From Tubiluchus corallicola (Eukaryota > Animalia > Priapulida): a DNA stretch of 40,290 bases. The stretch spans positions 1-40,290 of the forward strand of contig JAQGDQ010001455.1 of assembly GCA_030141605.1 (NCBI GenBank). Direction: 5' to 3'. The notes under the pieces were generated by a model, which saw only the letters and a list, made by a program, of their open reading frames with translations, did not search any database and was not told where the DNA came from. This document shows positions 13,151 through 23,220 of the stretch, in pieces; within the stretch, counting starts at the first letter, position 1; the number at the start of each line of letters is the position of its first letter. A program made the translations under genes and the position numbers.

Positions 13151-14146
13151 GTTGAGGTAACAGACGACACTGATCTATTCTATGCCATTCGTGGAGGCGG
13201 TGGAGTTTTTGGAATTGCAACAGAATACATCGTGCAGTTGCAGCCGGAAAGGGATGGGTACACATCCATGTACTGTAACTTCTACATCATATCTAAAGAC
13301 GGCAAGGAAAACTACCTAAAAGACGTGTTGACAGTCTATTTCGAGGAGGTCTTACTTTCGCTGCCACCTGAGTGGGGTGGGTACATCCTGATGCATTCAG
13401 CCCCTAAATATTCGACGGAATATGGGGTGTACACGCAGGGAAGTATCACTTTTTTGATGCTGCACAATGGTAAAGCATCAGAAGAGGCGAAGCAAGTTTT
13501 TGTGCCTCTTGCGGATATGGAAGATAAATATCGTCCTCATCGCTGCTTCTTTCAAGATTATGAAACCTTCTGGGATTACCAGAAGAGTGCAGCCGATGTT
13601 TTGGATGTTCCAATTTACATAGACGGTCGGTTTTCTCAGCCGGAGTTTTTTAGCAGAACTTTTGCAGAAGAGTTTTCCGAACTGTTCATAGATATATCTT
13701 TACGCGGTGAGGAATATGTATCTATGGGCTGTACGATGGTTCATCTGGGTGGAGCTGCCAATACTAGCAATGTAAACCACAGTGATACTCCGGTAGGAAC
13801 ACATTTTAGGGATGCTTTGTGGCACTCGACGTGTGCTGCCAACTGGTGGGAAGAACCGGAAGCAGAGGACAGAAGTGTCCGCTTCATGAATGATGAGTGG
13901 CGGCCGATGATGAAGAAGTATGGACGTGGCAGTTACTACAATGAACCAAGTCGAGTTGTGGAAGACATAGCAGAGGAATTCTGGGATGAAACTAAATATG
14001 AAAAGTTGTTAGAGATCAAGAGGAAGTGGGATCCGGAGAACAGGTTCACGTGTTGGCAGTGCGTTGGTTATTCAAAAGATGGCGCTAATGCTGCTGCCCC
14101 GTTACTGTCCTTGATGACGTCACTGTTGATTCTCTTGAACCTGTAG
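13151..14146 (+). CDS. BBE-like FAD-linked oxidase copy A, terminal coding exon (substrate domain, BBE domain, hydrophobic tail)
   Basis: TTCCTTTCAG|GTT; DLFYAIRGGGGVFGIAT motif; BBE-domain GSYYNEP...FW...YEKLLEIKRKWDPENRFTCWQCVG; ends DGANAAAPLLSLMTSLLILLNL*. The four exons join to 1677 nt = 558 aa plus stop. Confidence 0.93.
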   Translation, partial: VEVTDDTDLFYAIRGGGGVFGIATEYIVQLQPERDGYTSMYCNFYIISKDGKENYLKDVLTVYFEEVLLSLPPEWGGYILMHSAPKYSTEYGVYTQGSITFLMLHNGKASEEAKQVFVPLADMEDKYRPHRCFFQDYETFWDYQKSAADVLDVPIYIDGRFSQPEFFSRTFAEEFSELFIDISLRGEEYVSMGCTMVHLGGAANTSNVNHSDTPVGTHFRDALWHSTCAANWWEEPEAEDRSVRFMNDEWRPMMKKYGRGSYYNEPSRVVEDIAEEFWDETKYEKLLEIKRKWDPENRFTCWQCVGYSKDGANAAAPLLSLMTSLLILLNL

Positions 14147-15260
14147 TGAAGATATAGGCTGCGTAGTAGCAAGTGATTGTGACGTGCTAGGTTTTCATCA
14201 TTTGTTTCGTGGGTGAAGTCATAAACTATGCATTTTTTTTGCTTCCCTCAGTCCGACTTTCCTTTTTTCGACACAATGGGATAAAGATAAACGAATTTTT
14301 GCTAAGAATCACTCTGGGTTTGATTTGAGTAACTCTTTTGTGTGCATATGTCGCTTATAAACACGACGGTTCTTAAACATTTTGCTCCAGCTATAAAATA
14401 TGCAAAGATTATGAAAGATACAGAACACTACATGTTTTCACAATAATACAATGGATATTTAAGAGAAACGCCACCGTTCTTTTACAATTATCAATCTGCT
14501 AAGCCACACGAAAAATTACACACGCCATTAAGTAACAACATTAGCCTTTTTTTCTAGGCTGTAAGTAGTAATTAAGTCAGCTATGATGATCTCTGACTAG
14601 ACAATTTTGTTGAAAAATTTTGTTAATTGTTAGTAGTTCGTTAGTAATTAATAATTGACAGTCATTGTTAATAACATTAACTCTAGAAAAACTTTGAGTC
14701 CTCTCACCCTTGCCCCCTGTTACCCCCATCTTGTTACGCCTCGAGATGTGGTCTAACAATTATTGTCTTTGCAGCGAGATGTTTCTGTCAAAGCAAGCGC
14801 TTGTGGCAGCACTGGAAAATGTGGTAAACTAGTTTTAGTGAAAGAAACTTCTAGAGAAAATATTTTCATTATTTCATACTGAACTTTTATTGTGAGACAG
14901 TTATTATTTCTGCTGAAGTTATGCAAGTTACCTTAGTGTGAACTTACCGTAGCAAGAATGAACCTGGCTTAATGAATTTTAATTTTGTAGCCAAGGTGGC
15001 TCCATCTAGCTGGAAAATGTAAAGTGTGGGCTTTGACTCAGTTATGTTGTCGTTATGTTGTTCTGTAGTATGTGAATGAACTGTCTTGTGCAAACTAGCA
15101 AAGTTTATCAGCCACAACGACGTAAGTTTATGTGTATTTAATTTTTATTTTGATTCATTTATTGATATTTGTGACTGATTAATTAACTGTCAATCTAACT
15201 AAACCATGTACTTTTCGTAAAATTAGCCAATGTCAGTCACTTTTGCTTTTCTATTTTAAT

Positions 15261-15281
15261 ATTAAATATTGCAGAAATAAA
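15261..15281 (+). terminator. Candidate polyadenylation signals of copy A (ATTAAA, AATAAA)
   Basis: ATTAAA at 15261 and AATAAA at 15276, ~1.1 kb after the stop and ~145 bp inside the arm boundary; TTTATT is retained in the mirror near 26049. Confidence 0.35.
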
Positions 15282-17012
15282 GATCAGTGGTTTGCATGAA
15301 ATTCAACTGAGACTTTTGAGGATTTGCCATAAATGCCTCTCAGAGACACTAGCACATGTCATGAAACTGTTTCTGCATTTTTATGTTACAGACAGCTAGC
15401 AAAAACAACTTCTAATTATGTACATTAGTAATTATTAATTAACTAATTAGCAGTGATTAGCAACGTAAGCATATTTAATTAATTACAAACCGGATGTTAG
15501 CAGCGTTAAAGGACAGGAAAAGGGATACCGGAAGTGGGTTTCCGAAAAATTGCTTTAAAAAATTACATTACTTTACAGCAATTTCATGCTTATATCGTAC
15601 TCGCATTAAAAGAAATTTTTGTTTATTTTCATTTTAAATCTCCAGCAATATTGTTCCGAAGGGGCCGTTACATGATTCTCTACAGACAGTCCATCATATT
15701 CAGATGAGCGAGAAATCCAGTTTGGTGTGCCCCACGTCTGCCTGCTGACCGTTGGATGTTTACATTGATGTTCCAGGGATCCGATTAGGAGTCAAAAATC
15801 TGTGGACTTGCATGTTTCATGGATGGTTGGACCAAAGACCTAGTCATACCTGCAGCCGAGTACAGAGATGTTCCTTGACTAACAGGTGTCAGATGGGCAC
15901 GTTCTCTTGGTTTCGTTTTTCAAATGTGTCAGTTTGTTCCTTACCGTGTTCCGATCGCTTATTGCACTTGGACCTTTTGTGGTGACAGACAAATATTGGT
16001 TAGCTGCTATACTGCACTTTGTGAACATATAGATTTGCATTCGATATTTTATTATCACATGGAATTTACATACTTGCTTAGGTAATTATAAAAGATGTAT
16101 GTAAAACACAATTTAAACAGACTTGTATATCATGCAGTTAGAATAGATATGAAAAAACAAAAAAGCGCTAAAATTTCAACGATAACAATGTCAACTTTGA
16201 AAAGCAAAATCTATTTCAATGCACTGAACATAAACACGGATAATCTTTATAAAAACAGAAAACTAAAAGTAAACATAAAAACAATCACCTAGCAAATAAC
16301 TAAAACTATAATGTATAAACCGATTCCCATGACCTTCTTATTCCAAAACTTTTATTTATCGCCATCCTATTTTTACTGACCTGACTACTTTTCCTTTTTC
16401 ACATATATCACACATTTCTTTTCTCTCTAGTACAAACTACATACAAATGCCATGTGCCACTTGCTGGTCGGCCGCTACTTTGCGATACACTTCAGTACAA
16501 ACTAAAGACATGTGCTCGCATCTAGCATAACCTCTGTGGTTATCGCATTTCTAGGACAAATTTTTAAATTGGTTTTCATAAACATATATTATGCAGTTAG
16601 AGCAAAATTTGATCTGACTTATCATTAAAAAATTTATTTTAATGATGATTGTTTAGACAGCCATTCCAGCGTCCTGTTGAAGTAGGTTGAGGCGTGGAAT
16701 TTAATTCAACTGAATCTTAAATAGTGTGATTATCTTGGGCACCCAAATTTTGTTTTACATGCTGGCAGTCGTAAAATACATTTATGTGTTGTGTCCTAAG
16801 TTTAATGTTCGTAAAGGAAGACAGGTTGATTTTCTATATACTGCCCCATTATCTACAGATGGTGCTGCTATGTATGATCACTAGTTTAAATGAAGTTCTA
16901 CGTTAACTGAAGGTGGCGCCACTGCTGAGCGAAGATTAGCAACTTAATTTCCACTATAGCACATAGGCGGCACCACAGAGTTAGTCAAACATGTTTGTCT
17001 ATCGCTCCGCAT

Positions 17013-17598
17013 ACGCTGCAACTTAAGCACACTCAGCAGCATTCGGGACAACAACTCACGCTGTAACTTAAGCACGCTCAGCAGCATTCGGGACAACAGC
17101 TCACACTGTAACTTAAGCACACTCAGCAACATTCGGGACAACAGCTCACGCTGCAACTTAAGCACACTCAGCAGCATTCGGGACAACAGCTCACGCTGTA
17201 ACTTAAGCACACTCAGCAGCATTCGGGACAACAGCTCACGCTGCAACTTAAGCACGCTCAGCATCATTTGGGACAACAGCTCACGCTGCAACTTAAGCAC
17301 ACTCAGCAGCATTCGGGACAACAGCTCACGCTGTAACTTAAGCACGCTCAGCATCATTCGGGACAACAGCTCACGCTGCAACTTAAGCACGCTCAGCAGC
17401 ATTCGGGACAACAACTCACGCTGTAACTTAAACACGCTCAGCAGCATTCGGGACAACAGCTCACACTGTAACTTAAGCACACTCAGCAGCATTCGGGACA
17501 ACAACTCACGCTGCAACTTAAGCACACTCAGCAACATTCGGGACAACAGCTCATGCTGCAACTTAAGCACGCTCAGCAGCATTCGGACAACAACTCAC
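17013..17598 (+). repeat. 45-bp satellite, ~13 units
   Basis: Unit ACGCTGCAACTTAAGCACACTCAGCAGCATTCGGGACAACAGCTC. Confidence 0.95.
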
Positions 17599-17947
17599 TG
17601 CTGTCATAATCCACAAGTCAGTCATCAGTTTTAGCATGGGTATGCAGTTCCTTCACACCTATTACTCAGTCCTGCAGATCATTGTTTTCATCCTTATTTT
17701 CTCAGGGATGACCGTTTTGGGGGCCGTTATCGGCATTGTGCTCACGGAAACGGGCATTAGCGTCAATGACGTGGCCGTGGTTGTCCTTGAGGGACTCACA
17801 ACCGGGACGTTCATTTACGTGACGTTTTTCGAAGTGATACACAAAGAAATGGAAAATGCTTTTCCGGGATTAGCAAAGGTGATCATGATCTTTACAGGTT
17901 TTGCTATTATAGCAATTTTATCATGTTTTGACTGGTATAGACAGTAG
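17597..17947 (+). pseudogene. 5'-truncated ZIP (SLC39A1/2/3-like) zinc transporter, TM5-TM8
   Basis: The frame of ORF 17636 extends upstream to give TAVIIHKSVISFSMGMQF...FSGMTVLGAVIG...LEGLTTGTFIYVTFFEVIHKE...*, with the ZIP HK (TM5) and GTFxYVTFFE motifs. It abuts the 45-bp satellite, TM1-4 are not found in the window, and AATAAA lies at 18052. Confidence 0.8.
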
Positions 17948-18139
17948 GTCTTGTCAGTGAAAATGTATAAATGCTCTTAGTTAATTTCTATAGAACATTG
18001 AAAACGGAAAAGTGCTCATCTCATTAGGTCAAGAAGCCTTGTGTCAGGCTAAATAAAAGCTTAGTATATTCAAGAAACTTTTTTACGTTGTTGTTGGCAT
18101 CCTTCTGATTCGGAAGACAATAGAATGTGCGGCAAGTGA

Positions 18140-18390
18140 GTCCGATCCTTGAACGTCTCCAGGGCGCACGCCTGGGCAAGGTGTATGGAGATCCTGAGTT
18201 GCCCAGACCGCAGGAACCCCCTCCCTTCCTCCCTGGTGTAGTCCAAAGGAAAGCGGAGCCATACGTTTGTCACCAGGTTGGCTGCAGGAGCTGCCGGAGT
18301 CAGTGAGCATGCTGCACTGGTCCGCCTTCGGGGCTCCACTCCTGATTTGGAAGGTTTACTCCTCTACACATGGCCGTTGGGTCACTTGAC
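18140..18390 (-). mobile_element. GC-rich island, probable 5' UTR remnant of an RTE-type LINE
   Basis: Minus strand GAGGAGTAAACC...GGAGCCCCGAAGGCGG...TTCCTTTGGACTACACC...GATCTCCATACACCTTGCCCAGGCGTGCGCCCTGGAGA resembles RTE leader sequences as I recall them; not verified by search. Confidence 0.4.
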
Positions 18391-18644
18391 CTACGTACAT
18401 TTTTACGTACAGTTGGTGTAAATGTTCTAGTCAAGCCCGTAACACTGGACATTCGAATGTCAGATATATTTTATGTATGTTCACCTGTCAGAAAGATAAG
18501 GAAAGAAGGACCTTGGGACTAATGGGATTAGTAGTAATAATATTATTCATATCACTTTTAAGAATGTATTCAAGTGGTCCACACTGCAGACTTAAGTATA
18601 TTTGAAAACATTTGATAAACTTTGTCAATCACATCCCATACTTT

Positions 18645-19447
18645 CAGGGGTGCCAGCAGCAAGTTCCAGGGGCGGGGGCAGCATTTATGAAAAGCGGGTT
18701 CCCACAGAATTTTAAAATAAATTTACTTGACTTTTCCCTGACCAAATATTGATTTTCCATTACCAGGATAAGCAGAAATTGCATTACCAGTATAGATATT
18801 CAAACATTTTTGTGTATGGACATTCATACATATACTGATATATAATGTGTTGACACAGTTGCAGTAGTGCTAACAAAATTACACTAAGCACATTAAATAA
18901 ACTTTCTTAATCCAATCATTATCACGAATTGCTGAAAAATATGTTAGGAAAAATATCAGTTCACTGTGATAATTGCAACCCTTTTCAATTTCCCCGACTT
19001 TTCGAGCCACTTTCATCGTTTTCACTGACTTCTTACCAAATTTTCTTTTTCCTGACATTTCCATTGCTTTCCAGGATAGCCTGTGTTGTTAAGCATTTTC
19101 CCCTGGAACCGTGGGAACCTGGAAAAAGGCGCATTTAGCTTACCCACATTTCTGTGGCCACACTAATGATGATAAGGGTATATCTAAGGCAGCTCAAATC
19201 GCTTCTGCCTGTCAGATAGTCTCTTTAAAATGAATAAAAAATGAATAATAGATGCACGTTTTCATGCAGAGTTCAGTTCTGATAATGCCAGCTAAAAATG
19301 TCAGTTTGACAACCTAAGCACAAGTATAATCATGGATAGCCATACATTTTTTTTTATCAAAAAGGCAAAGTTCTGCTCCCACACTGCCTCCTTTGGGAAA
19401 GGGCAGGGGTCGTTGTCCCCTCTGTCCCCATGGCTCTGGTGCCCATG
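18645..19447. mobile_element. hAT-type MITE with perfect 8-bp TSD
   Basis: TSD CATACTTT at 18637-18644 and 19448-19455; imperfect TIRs CAGGGGTGCCAG and CTGGTGCCCATG. Confidence 0.75.
18695..19121. mobile_element. Second MITE nested in the hAT element
   Basis: TIR-like ends CGGGTTCCCAC and GTGGGAACCTG; body homologous to 19650-20134. Confidence 0.6.
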
Positions 19448-19649
19448 CATACTTTCGATCACTGTCACTCTCTTATGACGTGTTCAGACTACCGAATCTC
19501 CTGTTGTGAATTGTCTCTGTGAACTCGCAGTGTGAGCTGGTTTGCAAGTTACTGTCAGCAAGAAATTGTAAGCTCTCTGACACTAATTAAGCACGCTTGC
19601 GAGTTACTAGGCGAGAAAACTCACCAGCCGCGCATGCAACAGGCTTTAC

Positions 19650-20134
19650 CAGTGTCTACACATAATTATAATATAAATTTACCTGACTTTTCCACGACAT
19701 TTCCCTGACCAAATATTGATTTTTCGTGACCAAGATAAGCAGAAATTGTATTAGGAGTATACATATTCAAACATTTTTATGTATGGGCATTCATACATAT
19801 GCTGGTATTATAATGTGTCGGCACAGTTGCAGTAGTGCCAACGAAATTACACTAATCACATTAAATAAACTTTCTTAATCCAATCATTATTTTTGGAACA
19901 GAAATCGAAACTGGGAGCCTGTCATTGCAAAATTTTATTTGAATACGAATCCCTGTAAAATGTTGGGAAAAATATCGGTTCACGGTGATTATTTTTACAA
20001 CCCTTTCCAATTTCCTTGACTTTTCATTTTCAGCATTTTCCCTGATTTTATCAAATTATCATTTTCCCCGAGTTTCTAGGATAGCCTGTATTTTCAAGGT
20101 TTTTCCAGGATTTTTCCTGACTATGACAACCCTG
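19650..20134. mobile_element. Diverged second copy of the same MITE family
   Basis: Shares long blocks with 18717-19090, e.g. TTCCCTGACCAAATATTGATTTT and CACATTAAATAAACTTTCTTAATCCAATCATTAT; ends in CAACCCTG. Confidence 0.6.
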
Positions 20135-20785
20135 CCTTCACATGTGACGCATACAAATGAAAAGGTTTTTTTTCACTGTTTAAACATTTATTTATTCCTG
20201 TATCTAATTAATTTACAAAGATGCTAATTTCACATCACCTAACCTACAACTGTAGTTGCTGAATTTACATTTCTACTTACTAACAAATCAATAAAATATA
20301 AATATAATTCGATTCACATATAGTAAAATCACAGAATCGGCATTTTAGCCCATATCATTTTTACAACAGTGAAACACGAGGTCTATTCTTATGTTGAGCC
20401 TTTTTCACAATTAGCGAAACGGTTTATTAAAACTATCACCTGATTAACTTGATTCAATGATTCACAGATGCAAGAATTAAACAGTCAAATTAAAAAAAAT
20501 TGCACGAGAAACATCCTTCTACCCTTCCTGTGTGATCTAACCTTTCTCTCAGTTCTTTTTTTATTCACTCATCCATTCTTTTTTATCACGTTCACATGAC
20601 TGTGGGCTTATACAAGCCTTTGCTTCTCTAGCCCACTGCAGTAAAATTATTCTTTTATGATAACGATAGCGTATGAAACATAACAATTTAATACAGTAGA
20701 TGTAATAATTTTGATGTCAGTGTGTGCTTAATGTCATTATATTGTACTGATAATAATAATAAATAAAAAAATAAAATAAAATAAA
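20135..20785 (+). mobile_element. Degenerate 3' end of a CR1/Crack-like LINE
   Basis: Stem-loop GTGGGCT-TATACAAGCCTTTGCTTCTCT-AGCCCAC at ~20602-20636 followed by an (AAT)/(AAAAT) tail at ~20750-20785; faint resemblance to RT C-termini upstream. Confidence 0.35.
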
Positions 20786-21562
20786 CTGTGACATAATTTG
20801 TTATAGTCTAGCATAGCAATAAGATCAAGAACAAAAATAATGACTGTTGCAAGTAAATAGACTTAAGTAAAAATGCTTGTCTGTCCATCTCATGGTAAAT
20901 AACCATTAACATAAAAAATGAAAATTCATACACACATTTGTTCCCTAGCTGGCCAATCCTTCAGCGAAGTGTAACATACAGTTAATACATCGATTCCTTC
21001 ATGTTATTGTTGACATTTTCAAACGTATTTGCAACAAGTAATAATGTAAAACTATGTCACGAAGATTTTGCATATTGTGTTTTGTTTTTGGTGTGTGTGA
21101 GCCATTTTTTTTTGTTCCAGGTGTGTGCGCCATTTTTATTCCAGTGGCAAAATTCGATTTTATGCGTGATGAACAATTTATAGTTTTAAATAAATATTTT
21201 TGTATTAAATAATTGAAACTTATTTGTGATTGTGTTTATAAATAATATCCCAAAGCAAAAAATTGAATTTTTATATCAGAATCGAATTGTATGTGCTAAT
21301 GGTCCAAAGAACATATAAAACTTGAAGCTCAGAAAAAGTTTCCGGATTCTGATTACAATTCATTAACTTCAAAATGTAAGAAGTTGTAACATGTCAAATA
21401 GGAACTACAGTTAATAGTGTGTCAATATGAATTGCATTTGCACCGGAAGCTACAAATAAGTTACTCGATTTTGTCTTTGGACTACTCAGATGCAAAGATA
21501 AGATAATAAATGGATGTGAAAATTCTTTGCTTTGAACAGATGTTAGGTTTTTCAATTGGTGC

Positions 21563-21760
21563 CAGTGGCGGCTCGTAGCAAAAATTACTGAGGGGGGGGG
21601 GGGCTTCAGAAAATTTTTTGCCATTGTTTTAATACTGTGTAAAACGCAACAAACATATAATATCTAATTTTTACTTTCATTTGAGGCTGAGCAAGAGGTT
21701 AGCTGAACCCCATCTTTAGATATGTGCTAAATGTTCTCACCTGCCTCTAGGCCTCCACTG
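21563..21760. mobile_element. Short MITE-like element
   Basis: TIR-like CAGTGGCGGC and GCCTCCACTG; no clean TSD. Confidence 0.4.
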
Positions 21761-23220
21761 ATAGCACCGATTACATTGTAAGTTTCTCTTGGTTCTCTAA
21801 AATTACCAACAACTAACTGAACTAACATAAAATACGAAAATCAATGTTTAAATCACATTTCGAAATAGTGAACGTCAATATTGCGTGTAACTTTAGTGGG
21901 CTTTAAATATGCAAATATACGTAGAAATGCATTCTGTGGTATTACTTATTAAATATTGTTGTGGTGGGACCAGAATCTAGTGTAATATTAATGTTTTGGT
22001 TATATTTGAAGATCGAGTGTTGAACGGCCTCTTTTTTTTTAACTGGAACTTTCTCATACAGAGAAAGCTGTGAAAAATTAAGCTGTTGTAGTTCACTTAC
22101 GGTCACAGAACTTATTTCTTGGGGATGCAAGGCGTCCATTATGATTTAAGCACACACGCTAATTTTACACTTTATCACATCAAAGGATATGACGGTACAC
22201 GGTAAACACGTGGCAATTGATGTCTAACGTAATGTCAATCATTTTCCTTGACTGCCCAATCAGCATGCAAGTTATGTCACACCCCTCCAGAGCTTACTTA
22301 ACGCAGGTACGTTCGGGACATTTAGCTACAGCTCCATCTAATACTGTTATGAAAAATGCTCAACTTTTCATTAGTTAGCGGGAGAAATATTGGCCTGGTT
22401 CTAGATTTTATTGTCAATTGAAATTGCAAATGAATTAGTTGAAATATATAGTCTAGTTTCGTTTATAGGAAGAAATGCACAACGCTTACGTCTATGAGTT
22501 GCTGATTAAACCATTTTGTAATCAAGAAAATACGCAGTTTAGTTTAGTCTATAGCTTTGCAAGTTTAGATAAAAACAACTATTTGATTAACTTTAAATAA
22601 GGACAAAACAAAATGTTTTCTTTTCTGGCCAGTTTTTGTAAACCTCAATGAAATCGTCACAGTCAAAATTAATTCAAATGTGATCAAAACTTATGATATA
22701 CATCAATGTAATATTAGCTAATTTTACGCTATTTTTCTGGTTATAATCATGGTTAAAAGATGCCACTGGGACTTATGTAACTCGGGCATTCAATATAAGG
22801 GTTGTCTAGGGAGTGGAACAGTCAAATTTATTCCATTTCCGTAACCTGACAAACGGAAAAGTACAAACACTTAATAAATCTTGCAGACGAGCACATGATC
22901 AGTTAATATAGAAAAATACATCGCTGGCGTTTGATGTTCGTTTGTTTAAAGGCAAGAAAGACTTAGTATTTTTGTCGGTCATTTATAATAAAGCAAAACT
23001 AACTGTCTTAGTTTCTTTGTTATATTTGCGTCTCTGTATTTTTTAGTGCTTTGAAACTTCGTCTTTACATTCTGTTTAAATTGAAAAGTCATTTTTTGGC
23101 AACTTGAAGTGTTAATTTCGTGTTAAAAAAGCTGCTGCTCTGCAAATTTGTATTTATGAAAAAGAGCAATCAGTTTATGTGCTGATTAGACATTAGTTGT
23201 GACTGTCATGCTGTTTCTGT

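Noticed and set aside
15752-15985. 77-aa ORF as the missing ZIP 5' part
   Set aside because: No transmembrane pattern or HSxxEG motif.
17701-17706. Apparent splice acceptor TTTTCTCAG starting the ZIP exon
   Set aside because: The upstream sequence is in-frame ZIP coding (IIHKSVISFSMG...ILIFS), so the pyrimidine run is better explained as codons.
21270-22139. Minus-strand ORFs 21942-22139 and 21394-21624 as exons of another gene
   Set aside because: No recognisable domain, in-frame stops, interrupted by a MITE-like element; at most a decayed transposon gene. Needs tBLASTn/BLASTX.
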